Below, one piece after another: positions 39,416 through 52,392 of a DNA stretch of 64,000 nt; the first letter of the stretch is position 1, and the number at the start of each line of letters is the position of its first letter. Where the stretch lies: contig NC_068984.1 in the NCBI RefSeq assembly GCF_001194135.2, forward strand, positions 30,600,828 through 30,664,827, in the 5' to 3' direction. The notes under the pieces were generated by a model. That model was not told where the DNA came from. It saw nothing but the letters and a program-made list of their open reading frames with translations, and did no database searches. The stretch comes from Octopus bimaculoides (Eukaryota). A program made the position numbers and the translations under genes.

Positions 39416-40050
39416 TGAATTGGTTGGAATTAGGAACAGAATCCAACCAGAGAAACCATGCTAAAATAGACAGCAGAGCTTGATGCAGCCTTCTGATTTG
39501 CCAGTCCCTATCAAACTTGATCACCCACGGTGCCTACTTTCACAATACTGACCTGCGTCACCCTTCACTTTTCCCTCCAATACACTGTTTCTATTACTAT
39601 TCACATCCTCCTCCCTCTCCTCACCTTATATTTCTTATTGATTCTTGGTCTTCCTTTACTTCTCTGCCCTTCCTCCCTAAGCTACTTATATCCTCCATCT
39701 CCCTGCCTTTTACTCCTCTCTTCCTCCTCTTCCATTCAACCTTTCAAATCTCTTACACTAAGATGTGATCTGCTATTTGCCAATTTTCCTCCTGACATAT
39801 GAAGCTGGTATTATGGTAGTGTCTCAATGTGACCATCAACTGGTTGCATATCCATGATTTATCACCCTTTCTATTTACTAATTCAAACATTACAACTATT
39901 ACATAATTCTGAGGTCCCAGAAACAGTCGTTGAGTTACAAAGCCTTGCATTCTTCACTTAGTTTTCAGTATATTGTATACACCTATTCTTAATGTATGTA
40001 GTTTTGTAATTAAATATATCCCTATATATCTCTCTCTATATATATTATAT

Positions 40051-40225
40051 TCATCATCATCATCATTATCATCATCTTTTAACGTCCATTTTCCATGTTG
40101 GCATGGGTTGGACGGTTTGACTGTGGTCTGGGGAGCCAGTCAGGAGGCACTGGCCACAGCTACGATATTGGTTTTACTTTACTCAACAGGTCTTCTCAAT
40201 CACATCACATTCCCTGGTGCATCAG
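40051..40225 (-). mobile_element. RTE LINE 3' tail, diverged
   Basis: (CAT)n TTTAACGTCCATTTTCCATGTTGGCATGGG. Confidence 0.7.
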
Positions 40226-40230
40226 GATAT

Positions 40231-40261
<31 letters not shown>

Positions 40262-40271
40262 NNNNNNNNNN

Positions 40272-40309
<38 letters not shown>

Positions 40310-41709
40310 CCTATATATGTTTGTGCGTGGGTGAGGGTGTGTATATGTATGTATCTATATTTACATAGATCAAGGCTAATCTTGTTTATCTGCATCATTA
40401 TATCTCTCTCTCACTGTGTATATATATTTATATATATATATGTGTGCATGTGTGTGTGTGTGTGCATGTGTGTGTATGTATGTATGTATTTATGTATGCA
40501 TGTATGCGTGTGCACATTCTAATACAAATATATATCCTGCTATTGTTCGAGGAGAGGATTAGTTGAAATTTGAAAAGATAAATTACACAGACTATCAGAA
40601 GCTACAATAAATGTCTCAAACAGTGATTTGGATTTCTGTAAGCTACTTAAGGCTACTTTTCTTTTAAAGAGAAGAATATATATATATATAACTTGTATCA
40701 TAACTATTTAAAATCTGATTTTGTTTCTTTAGAGATACTGTAATTTGATGGATACTAGATTATCACTGTGTTTTTTTAAAAGGGGCCAAATACTGCCAAA
40801 ATTGTTAAATTTATTTTCTTTTCGACAAGAAACACACCACTATATGTGAAATTCTGTTTTGTAAATTTGCAGTCCAAAATTTCTTTTGAATTAAGCTCTT
40901 TATCAGATAGATTCTCACTCAGTAATCAATACTTCAAGATTCAGACAGAACCTCCAGAGAATATAGAGCAATCCTATTAGTAACACAAGATTAGACTGTA
41001 GCAGAATCCTGATTGTTGCTGCAATACTGTTAAAGATAACAAGAACATGAGAGAATTTCCATAAACTTGTTTCATATCTGTAGGTAATCTTTTATAACAC
41101 AGCTTTATGTCTATTTTTTTTTCTTTCTTACAGCTTATTTTTGCATCTCTCACATATTTATCTAGATGATGTTTTAGGTTTCTTAAATGATATAGACGAT
41201 GTGAATTGGATTCACAGATGGACTGTGAATTATTTTGCAGGTTTCATATATCTATTTATATGATGACATAGAATTATATAAGAAGATGAACACTCTATGT
41301 ATTTAGCTCATTAGTGATGATTCATATTAATTTTCAGATTTTCTTTTTCTTTCATTTCTTATTTTACTAAATTATAATTTTCTTTTAAAGTATAATGGTT
41401 TTGATTTATTAGGATGTAAGTCTGACACAAACATAAGAATACATCTGTCTGTTAGCAATAATTGAACAGATGGTTATATTCACACCTTCAGACTATGAGG
41501 GTTTCTATACCAATGTGACATTCTTGATATGCTCATTCAACCTGACAGAAATAACAGCTAGATCTCACTCAAATTGTTACCCTACCATTTTTATAAAATA
41601 ACACGTCAGATAATGAAATGGTCATTATTAGAAGGGTTTCGATCATAGCCATTTTTGATCATGTTTAGCATGAAGTTACATGGAAAAAAAAATCTGATTC
41701 TGTATGCAG

Positions 41710-41908
41710 CTTACACACACATACATACGGATACACATACACACACCTGCATGCTCACATGCATACACATATGCATACACAAGCACACACACAAATATAC
41801 ACACACAAACTCACACACAGAAACACAAAAACACACAAACATACACTCACAAACACACACTCACACACACACAAACACACATACACACACACAAACACAC
41901 ATACACAC

Positions 41909-41950
<42 letters not shown>
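41710..41950. repeat. Degenerate (CA)n tract
   Basis: Seen directly. Confidence 0.9.
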
Positions 41951-41951
<1 letters not shown>

Positions 41952-44392
41952 ATTTCATATTCATAACTAGAAATATTAATAAAACTAAGGTCAAAACATG
42001 CATGAATTTCTGTACAGAAGACTTGTATTTTATGATAACCTTTTCGGAGTTGCAATGGGGAGTATAAGCGAACTAGTTGAACGTTGATAAATTTTTCTTG
42101 GTTCTGTGAGTCATGTTCTTGATCTTCATGGCTGCAATGCAGCTGCATATGATCCTGCATCAAGCATCTGGTGTTCTGACCTTTGGTTGTGTGAAAAGGA
42201 AGAGAAAACTCATACTTAAATATATATTTCTGATCACCTTCTTAGATGTCTCAGATGGCTTGGGCACAAATTACAATCATTGCGAGAATTTGCTGGCATA
42301 AAACCTATAATTCCCTAGTTAGTTATCAGAATTGAAGTGACATACAAGTTAGGGGTTGGGGCAGCTTGGTAGTATGTGCAAGCATGGTTGGTAACCATGA
42401 TTACGTATTGCCTAGTTAATCCAAAATTTGCTGAGACCATAGACAATGGTAGATTTGTAAAAGCTTAGTTTCTAAAGGAGGAACGGATTAAGGATACTTG
42501 TAATGATTATATGTTAATTTGGAATATGTTTCTGGTGATGATATTAATTCTTGAAGAGAATTCAGGATTGCAAAGAATCCACTTCTCCATCAGCAACATC
42601 AGTTTGTGATCTGTAAGAGATCAGAGAATTTATGAATAATGAAGTCACCAAGGCTAATGACTTTATGAACAAATGTTAACAGTGTCAGAAGAAACAGATG
42701 ATGAAGCAGCTGTTGGTGGAAGGAGAATTTCAGGAGAGCAGTAAATAAAGGCAGTAAATTAATATTTTGAGGAACATGGAAAAGAAACTTTAAGACAGAC
42801 TAACTGGAAATCTTTATTACTTATTTTGATGTGAGAGAGATAAGAGGCAAAAGGTTTCGATAATTAATATTTTTAAGTTACTTTATCATTTATTTATATA
42901 TTTAATGATACTTTGTGAATCTTCAGTATGTTTTTGGTAGTTTAATCAAAAGGTGTCTTCTACTCTCAGAAGATTGAATATTAAGGATGTTAATTTGCTT
43001 AATTTATGTAGACCCATGATTTACTTTGGGTTCTATTATGTATGTGATGAGGTCCATATCCCTTCCACGGATGTTGGCCGCAAGTTTGCAAGCCTTCAAG
43101 TGGAGCACCACACATCTTGTTGTCATGCATTCTGAGCTATTGACCATATTGTGTTTTTCTCCCTCATATGCCATTTCAGTCTTTATGAATTTAAGTGCTG
43201 ACATTCCTTGCACAGCAATCCTTCCATGATAGCTAATACCCTCTGCATAATTTTGCTCACTAGCCAGAGTGATTTGCCATGGTGTGGCCATCGGTATGCA
43301 CTACCAATTTGGGGAACCATAAATGAGAGCTGTGTAATAGTTGGAGACCAGTACTTCAATCCACACCTGAATGAGGTGAGCAGGTCTTCAAAAGTACGAC
43401 TTCATTTGCTCTACACCAAGCACCACACTTGTTGTTTAACAAATGTTAAAGGAGAAAGAGTTTTATGCTTAACTAATCATCAAAATACCTGTAGAATTTA
43501 GCTACTGTCATTTATATTCCAACTGATTTTACGAACTATTTAGATTTACAAATGTCTATGACTGTAAGGTTTTAATGAAAAACATTTACTTACTGCTAGT
43601 TAGGAATTATATTTTTGCTGAGTTTAATAATAATCTTTATCATGTCTTTTGTAATTCCATACATTCTTCCACCCCACTGCAATATCTAATATTTTCTGAC
43701 TTATTTTAGTGTTATACATTTAATTAATGTAAATGAAAAATACACTATCTACCTCTGTATAAACAATCTTCAAAGTGAAATGCTGATTAATGGCAAGAAA
43801 AGAAAATAAGTGACATTGATAAGATTTCATAATGAACTTTAAAAACATATGTGAATTCATTCAGTCTCTTTATTTTGAGCAAAGCAATTGTATTGGTAAA
43901 AAAATATATATATTTTAATTAAAAACTGTTGTTAAATAACTATATTGATTATTTTAAAGGTTTCACCTCTTTATCTCCATTCATATAGCATATATTTTGT
44001 AGACTACTTCAGAAAAGACTTTAAAATTGAACACAATTCAACATATTATTCTTCAAATATCTTGAAAAGAATTGTATGTAGAGGTGGAAGGATATAATTT
44101 CTTGAGAATTCTGAAAGAAAATAATTATTCATTTACTCTTGGAAAATAGGAGATTCTATTGTTTAGTGATAGTCTGTTTTAATTTATAGTTGTTTATATC
44201 TCTGGAAATGATAAGTCATGTTTTCTTCATATATTTACAGACCAATTATCCTCACATTGAATATATTGGAAGGTATGTAATCATTCAAAAATGTATTTAT
44301 TCTGTGACTTTAGCACAATGTCCATTTATTAGTAACACTGAAGATGTTTTTAATTAGATTTTAAGCCTGGAATAGGTTCGATGATTTTAAGA

Positions 44393-44600
44393 GACAAGCA
44401 TGCATGGTTAATAAGTTTGCTGTGTAAGAATGATTCCAGACTCAATTCCACTCCATGACTACTTAGACAAGAGTCTTTTGATATAATCTTGAGGTGACCA
44501 ATAACTTGTGAGTGGAATTTGGTCGATGGAATTGAGCAGGAGTTCGATCAATATACATATATATATAAATACATATATACATATATAGTACATACACTCA
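44393..44600 (+). mobile_element. SINE family A, decayed
   Basis: CTTGTGAGTGGAATTTGGTCGATGGAA core match. Confidence 0.55.
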
Positions 44601-44743
44601 TACATACGCACATATCTTTTTAACAATTTTGCATTAATAGTTTTATCATTAGAGTTCTTCTTAAGGTGACAAGCTGGCAGATTTGTTATTGTGCTAGGTA
44701 AAAGGCATAATGGCATTTCGTTTGGCTTTACATTCATCAGAAG

Positions 44744-44976
44744 TTAAATGGAAAAAAGTTTTACGAGTCCAACAGCTGTTTCTGGGAGCTTGGTGGTTCA
44801 GAATAATGATAGTTACTTGAATCCATTGTGAGATAACGCTGTCTCCATCTTCAGGGGAGAATTTTACTTTGGAAAATTTCACATTTGACGTGCTGACAGG
44901 ATGGAGTTTAAAGATTATTCTGGACCACCAAGCCCCCAGAAACAGCTGTTTGACTCGTAAAACTCTATCCATTTAA
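44744..44976. mobile_element. MITE with about 60-bp TIRs bounded by TTAA
   Basis: TTAA-ATGGA..AGTTTTACGAGTC.AACAGCTGTTTCTGGG.GCTTGGTGGT.CAGAATAAT is repeated in inverted orientation at 44913-44976. Confidence 0.8.
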
Positions 44977-47900
44977 CTCCTGATATCATTTATATTCTGT
45001 AAGTTAGACTATTTTACGTCCATGCACATGTACATTTTTTCTTTTAAATGTATTTAATATTCTGGGTAAATCCTTTTGCCTAACTTGCTTCTCATTATAT
45101 TTACTCATATATATATATACATGTACACAAGGTTGACCAAAAGTCACCTGATGGTAAATCAAAATTTCATCAATACTATCTGTAATTCTGTATTGACTCA
45201 AATGGAAAAATGTGTTGCTCAAGAAGGACTTCAGTTTGAACAATTTTCGTGATGTTTCATATTTAGATGTTTTTATTAAATTCATTCTGTCATTAAACAT
45301 AAATAAATTTTGGAATTAAATAGTTTTGATTTATTGTCAAACCATCCAACCCATGCCAGCATGGAAAGCAGATATTAAACGATGATGATTTTGATGATGA
45401 TATGCATGTGTGTCTGTGTGTGTGTGTGTGTGTGTATTCATAAACCACAATGTGTTCACTCTGCAAATATTAATGCCTGGCTTGAACAATTATGTCAACT
45501 TTGTGCCACTATGCAAGCAATCTGTAACATTCAGAATTTTGCTTACATTGCTAATGAGTAGTTTTATACCATTCACTATTTACAGCTTGGAAGGAAGGGT
45601 TTTAAGGAAGATAAAACTCTTCAGATTCTTGTTCAAAGCATTGCAAGCCCTTTGACTTAACTATAGGGTCAAATTTCACAGTAAATTATCTATATATCTA
45701 GTAAATATATGGATATCATTCTGTGTACACATTTATGGTATTTACATTCTTCTGGCTGGAAAAGTAATGATTTCTTTCATCTTCCATCAATATTGTACTC
45801 ACTTTGTCCACAGCAAAAGAAAGGAAACAACAAAAACAATGTTTAACTGTAAAGCTATATCATATATGAGTATCATTTACCATTGTAAGAAGTAGGCAGG
45901 TGGCATATAACTGATAAATGCTATCTTAAACTTCAGTCAAAAGATGGAAAGAAATAATAATTGTATCAGTATGTCTTCAGAATGAGTACATAAAAAGTGA
46001 AACCTTTAATGATATCAAGAACACCTCGATGAGGAGCAGGTACAGGAATCATCCGATAAGTTCAAGAATATAATCTTCAAAAGTTGCTTTTGTATTGATA
46101 AACTAAAATGGTGTTGTTTTTGTTTAGCTTCAGGTCATTCCAGCTGTTACCATGTAACCATACCATTCTCATTCTCAAATGTAAAACTACATCATTCAAT
46201 GTTATTTTATTTTTTTAAGACTTGGGATATTAAGAAGATTTCAAAGCTATTTTTGTCAATTTAATCAACCACAGGAAGGTGATTATAATTGATTTGTGCC
46301 AGTACTCTATGTTGTCATGTATGAGTCAAAGAGTTAGTTAGAGGATACTTTAACTTAAGGTAGAAAGAATGGTTGTTCAGGAACGATTGGTCTTGTTTAT
46401 ATAGATTTAGTTTTAATTTAACCTATTTTATTTCCTTGCTCTCACTGCATCTGTCTGCATCTGATAATTAAATCTAGTAAAATTAACCAAAAGATGATAT
46501 TCTTATTTCATAATTCACGTATCTACGTAGTACATATTGTAATATTAAGAAATCTTTCTCACATCCCACTGGAAGTATGTAAGAGTTATATCCATTACAA
46601 TTGGATATTTTGATCTTCTCAAAAATTTTAGGATATTGAAAATCAATTTAGGGGATTGTATGAGAAGTTTAAAATTAAGCCAAACAGGTATTTTCTGCAT
46701 AATAGCTTGACCTGCTACAAAATAACAGCTAAATATCCTGAAATCACATCCTACCATTTTATAGGAAATATGTTTTGGTCTTAAACACAGTAGATACTAT
46801 TTCTATGAACGCTGAACTTATTTGGTGCATATGTGTTCTGGCTGAGGATTAATCCAGGACCAAATAGCCACGAGATATATAGTATTGTGATGCCATACTA
46901 CTTTAGCATTCATTTTAATCATGATCCAAATAAAATTAATGAAATTGTCTATTGCTAAAAGCAGAGTCAACTCTACTTTATGATCAAAGATGTACCAGCT
47001 GCAGTGAGTAAATTATTATTTTTTTTATATCTAATGTGTCCTTCACTAATGTATAATTTGATGGAATCTAACAGTTATTTCCTGCAAGTCAGAAAACCAT
47101 ATAAAGGTTCCTTTATTGGATCAGTGAAGCAAACTGTCTTTTAAAAACAAGTGTTTGTGTGTTTATTCCTTTTTAAACAGCAACTTGTGCTATCTGATAT
47201 GTCTAATGTGACACATGCACCTAGTGCAACTAAACTGGAATTACACATGTATACTGATTCCATTTACAGTAGAGATGTCTTTGGAACAGATATCACAGTG
47301 AACCAGAAATGATATGTTTTGTCCACCCCTTTTAAGAACTCTATGCTTGTAGATTGCAAAGTAGGCACTGACAAAGCATTGTGATAATATAAACAAACGT
47401 ATTATAAACAAAGGTTTTCTTAAGAGCAATTTAAATACAATATCATCCTTTTGAAATTTTCTGTATTATTAATTTATGTAGTGCAGCATCACTTCCACTT
47501 CTGAGAAATGCTATATAGTAGAGTATATGAGCCTGAAAATGAAGTGTAGAGTTAAGAACTTGGCTGACCAATATGTTTGGGAACAATTGCTTTAGACATT
47601 ATTCAAGACAAGTTAAAAACTTGTTACAGGGAATTTCTTTTTATAAATTAACCCTAATCAGTTTTGCTAGAGCAGAACTATGATGTGGTGGGAACCATTC
47701 GAATGTTTTAGGCCAGGTAATAAGTCTGCTAACATTGATGGCTTAATCTTGTGGCCACTTTGCCATGAAAATAAGTCATAACTAACCATTATAACTTTAT
47801 AATAAATGTCTTTACATTTACAATGTAAATTATGTTTTCATTTTAAATGTTGATGCCTGAAGGACAAAAAGAAAGTTCAACTTCAATGAAAGTAAATCAT

Positions 47901-48892
47901 AAAGTAACATAAATACAACAATAACCAGACATTTTCTAAACTGCTTCACAAATTCTATCATTTCCTGTCCTACTAAAAATAATATTCATTGTTTCAAAAT
48001 CCACCACAAAACTCCATTGATTATATAAGAGATACCAATGATTTCACAGTAAAATTAAAAGTGTACAGGCAGGAATTGAAACAATGTACTGATACACATC
48101 CAAAACAAGAAATGACTAAACATATCTAACATTAAATAGGTTTCTACTGGGATTGTTTATATTAGTAATATTTAAATGAATGTTTCTATGATTTTTTAAA
48201 GGCTTTTTTTTATTGAATATGTATGTAAAATGTAGTTATATTAAACAGGATATATACTTCTTATATGATACTAGACATTAAAATAGATAATTTGAAGAAT
48301 CGCATTCATATTAATAAGGATATTAGTTGCAATTATCTGTAATGAAATGTCAAATTATACGACATTACAATTAGTTCTAGGGTGAAAAACTGTAACAAAT
48401 GACATATAGATGTGCTGTATTTAAATGTTACATGAAAATAACAGATGAATTATTTATACTGTTTATTTGTACAAGGCAAGAAGAATTAATTTAGAAACAT
48501 ATAATAATCTTGTTGCCTAAAACACTAAACCTTATTGGAAATACGAATACTGAATGAATTATGAGTTCTCCAAAGACTGCTTAAATCAAACAGTTCCCAA
48601 ATCATTTTAAAAGCTATGTGTCACAAACCCAAATGGTTAATAATATGTTTCCATTATCTAAGTCATGCATTTAACTGTATTGCGATACCAGCAGTTTCAT
48701 TACATGGCAGGTACATACAATGCAAGATATACATTTATATAACTAAAAAAATATCACACTATCAAAATATACTGGTAACAAGAGTATTGAGGAAATAGAT
48801 GTGTAAGATGTGTACGTGTGTATGTGTGTGTGTCCACAAATACGATCCTGATGAATGGAGATTGTTCATTGATAGTTCAAAACGTAGTTTGA

Positions 48893-48950
<58 letters not shown>

Positions 48951-49175
48951 TCACTGCCTGGAATCAAACTCGGAATCTTGGGGTTAGTAGCCCACGATCT
49001 TGACCACAATGCCATTAATAATAATAATAATAACGTCAAAAAATACCTTAGGAATGAGAACCCAGGTTCGAAATTTCCCCAAGACACTTGATGAAGACTG
49101 GAGGGTATATCAGCCGAAACGTTGTGTCAACAACAAATGAGGACAAGTATCCATCAAATGTAAGTAATGTAAAGA
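48893..49175. mobile_element. tRNA-headed SINE-like element carrying a hammerhead motif, 5' half inverted
   Basis: (ATT)n, then a tRNA-like head on the minus strand (48947-49016), then (AAT)n, then a plus-strand tail with the HHR. Confidence 0.7.
49083..49128 (+). ncRNA. Minimal PLE-type hammerhead motif, partly degenerate
   Basis: Stem I GACAC/GTGTC. Core TTGATGA (C3 to U) plus an extra A. Stem II GACTG/CAGCC with one A-C mismatch. GAAA, stem III palindrome ACGT, triplet GUU. Confidence 0.7.
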
Positions 49176-50229
49176 AAGTAAATGTTTTGAGTATATATGT
49201 AAATCATTTCCAGGACTTAGCATCGAAAAACTCAAATTAGGAGTGTTTGATGGTCCTGATATCAGGAAACTCATTAAGGCTGATGAATTTGTTAATTCAA
49301 GGTATGACTTTGAATAGCATTTGTTGACATGGTGAAAAACCTCTTAGACAATCGCCGGGCCAAAAACTACAAGGAGTTAGTGGAAAAGCTGTTGAAAAGT
49401 CTACAAGACATAGGCATTAATATAAGTATTAAGGTTCATTTTTTACATAGCCGTCTAGATAAATTTCCGGATAATTGCAGCAATGTGAATGATGAGCAAG
49501 AAGAACGATTCCATCAGGATATCAAAACAATGGAAGAGTGGGACAAACGAATGATGTCTGACTACTGCTAGAGTATCAAAAGTGAATTAAATAACATTGA
49601 ACATGACAAACAATCAAGAAAGAGAAAATTTTTACCATAATTCTTATGTTCATGAAGGTTTTATTTCTGCTGTCAGTTTATTTAATGATTTGATGAACAT
49701 ACTTGTTGGTCTTTGTATATTCAATTGTGCTATGGTCTCTTTGTTATTGCAAAAAAAAAAGTATTTCTCAATAAGCAGACCAATATTTGTTGGTTTAAAT
49801 ATGAATTGAGGTTCCTACAATTTTACTTTGAGAAATATTGCCATTGATCAATATCAAATATACAGAAAATAAATGAAAAAATGCTTTTCTTTCCAAAAAT
49901 GAGGCATTTCTGTACAGCAAAAAGGTAGCTAACCAAAAAAGTTAGCTAAAAGTAAGGTCAATTTCAGATTCAGCGCCCTCAAATTAGAGATGTTTGGAGT
50001 GTTGACACCATTTCAAATTTTTTTTTTTTTTTGCTGACCAGTGTTATTTATTCATATTAACGTCACACATAAAATAGAGAATCCCTACCTTAATTCGTTC
50101 CTGATTTTACATGTTCTCTGCACTCAGTACCCATATTCTGCTGCAGTACACAAGCATTATATAGTTATCCTGAGAGAGAAACCAGTACTGGTAATAGGGC
50201 CCTCAACTTTTATCACTCTATCTTTATAT

Positions 50230-51290
50230 GGCTCCTGTTTCAGAAAATCCATCACCAGTGGTAAATATGTCATCTTAGTAGCAAAATCAGTTATAAATAT
50301 CTATGGAAGCTTCTGAACATTTCAGAGAATTTATTTCATGAGTATAATTATCGGTTAGTATTCATAAAAATCTACCACACATGAAATATTCCTTCTCTGT
50401 AAACCTACCTGTGATCTGACTCTGTCTCTTGCGTGGCCATTGCTTACATCAATTACACTAATGAAAATCTTACCTATTTCTTTCCTGCACACTTCTCAGA
50501 TAAGAAGATTCTGTCTTCTTTCAAGCTAATCAAAACTTTTGTCTTTGTTAGGCTTACATTGATGCCTTTTGATTCAAGACTTTGCTACAACAATTAAAAT
50601 ATTATCCTTAAGCTTCAACAGATCCAATTAAGTGAACCAAGTCATTCACATACAGTATTTCTCTGCTCTCTCCTGTTTAGAATAGTTCTCCAGGCTGTAG
50701 CAAAACACTTGGTATGGCCTGGAGAACCATTGTAAACAGGAGGGAGCAGAGAACCAAGCCCCAATGAACACCTATCTAAATACAAGAATTCTTCAGTAGA
50801 CATAGTATTAACTATCGTTAAGATAATTTTTGTATATGGTTTTCATGGCTCAAATGACTATTCATCTACGCCTAGTTTTCTTGGTGGCCATCAGACTACT
50901 GAGCAAGGTACTCAATGGAAGGCCTTCTCTAAGTTGACAGAATCTAAGCATAGTGAAGTACTAAGAACTTCTGTAGGTGTGTAACTCAGAAAAGAACATT
51001 TTTATTACCTCCATCCTGGTACAAATCAACTAGATTGTGTATAACTCTCTGTTACATTCCTAATTTGGCCAATCACTTTGATGCTTCAGTAACTGCTTCC
51101 TTCTAGAGTATCTCCTTCGCTCTTGTAGAAGTTAACAATATTACTGCACTAGTTGTTGAGGATGAAACCACCCTGTAATTCCAAAGAGGAAATCTCCATC
51201 TGATTCTTCAAAAGACAATAAACTGCAGCCAAATTTTTCTCAAATACTACATTCCTGTCAAATATTGTTGAATATACAGGGTATGCTAAA
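50230..51290 (-). mobile_element. RTE/RTEX LINE RT fragment, heavily decayed
   Basis: Minus strand reads IVNFYKSEGD, EKAFH*VP, GVHWGLVLCSLLF..VLQAI, ILYVNDLV and LESKGINVSLTKTKVL, followed by a degenerate Cys finger. Confidence 0.75.
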
Positions 51291-51896
51291 GTTGAATATA
51301 ACATGCCATGGAAGATTGCAAAAGTTCATGGCAAGAAAACAGGTCAAATGTTATGACACAAGTTGAAATATTTATCGTAACATGTTTGAATGAAATCAGA
51401 GAATGACAATAGTTATGAATCTGCTTCAAGTTGAATCTAAAGTACCTATAAAGGTATCTTACAAAGTCTTTAGAATACTTAAACATATATTACCAAACAA
51501 CAACATTTACAAAATTACCTATTTACAGGAAAATATACTGATACCAACAAGAATGCTAAAAACAGGAAGTATTGACATTACTTCTAAACCTAACATTGCA
51601 GGTCCACATAGAATATATTATTGTTTCATACACAAGAATAAAGTTTGTCAACATGATACAAAGCTCTAAAATTTCTGCAATAAAATACAAATGGCATAAA
51701 AAAACACCTTTATGGAACAAAAATATTTTATCATCTCTCAAGACATTCTTATAACCATAATTCAGGAAACATTTTTATTATGAGAAAAGAAGACAACCGT
51801 CATCATGCATTATACTGAAATCAAACTCAACAGACCCTTTCAAAATGGATGTGATTACATATCATGCATAAAAGTAGGCATATGTGTGATATGATT

Positions 51897-51939
<43 letters not shown>

Positions 51940-52010
51940 TATGCATATGTATATAAACTTCCATAATGGTGAGATAAAAAAAGTGCACTCCATCTTGTGA
52001 GAGATAAATA

Positions 52011-52392
52011 TTATTTAATAAACACAATATATGTTTTTATGTGCTATTACTATTAGTGTCATGTGCTGAGAGCATGCTAAACAGTGTTTCTTCTTTCAGC
52101 TTTATATTCGACGGTCTAAGGGGAAATAACTTTAATCTTCCCTTATGCTTCTTTCTGATTTCTTTTTCATTTTCCGATTTTACAACCTTCCATCTTTTAT
52201 ATCTACTTCTTTGTCACCTTTTCTTGCTTTTTCTCTCATCTTATCATCCCATTTTTAATCTGCTATGTCATGTGGGCAATGTCTGATGATTGTGCTAGAA
52301 CACCAGACATGTTAAAACACATTTGGCACGCTCTCAGCACATGAAGCTAATAGAAGCACATAAAAAGATATACTGCATTTATTAAACAATGT
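52011..52392. mobile_element. Putative MITE with about 75-bp inverted arms
   Basis: TTTTTATGTGCT..TATTAG..TCATGTGCTGAGAGC.TGC.AAA at 52035-52085 is repeated in inverted orientation at about 52320-52370. Confidence 0.6.

Larger units (their letters stand above)
48835..50043 (+). mobile_element. Chapaev3-like (CMC) DDE transposon remnant, interrupted
   Basis: Reads YDPDEWRLFIDSSKRSL, later EKLKLGVFDGPDIRKL and KVHFLHSRLDKFPDNC..VNDEQEERFHQDIKTME..MMSDYC. The 3' end is CTGACCAGTG followed by TTA, fitting CAGTG-TWA ends. Family assigned from memory. Confidence 0.6.

Noticed and set aside
42845-42930. Minus-strand CTGAAGA...ATCGAAACC
   Set aside because: No G10.1-C11.1 pair, no valid stem III/NUH site and no stem I.
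42950-43500. GC-richer block with several ORFs and a faint LINE C-terminal resemblance (LIYGSPNW) on the minus strand
   Set aside because: Too degenerate to assign; probably an old LINE, not a gene.
44705-44747. Minus-strand CTGATGA...CGAAA, hammerhead-like
   Set aside because: Stem II pairs at about 2 bp and stem I at 1 bp, so it is a chance match.
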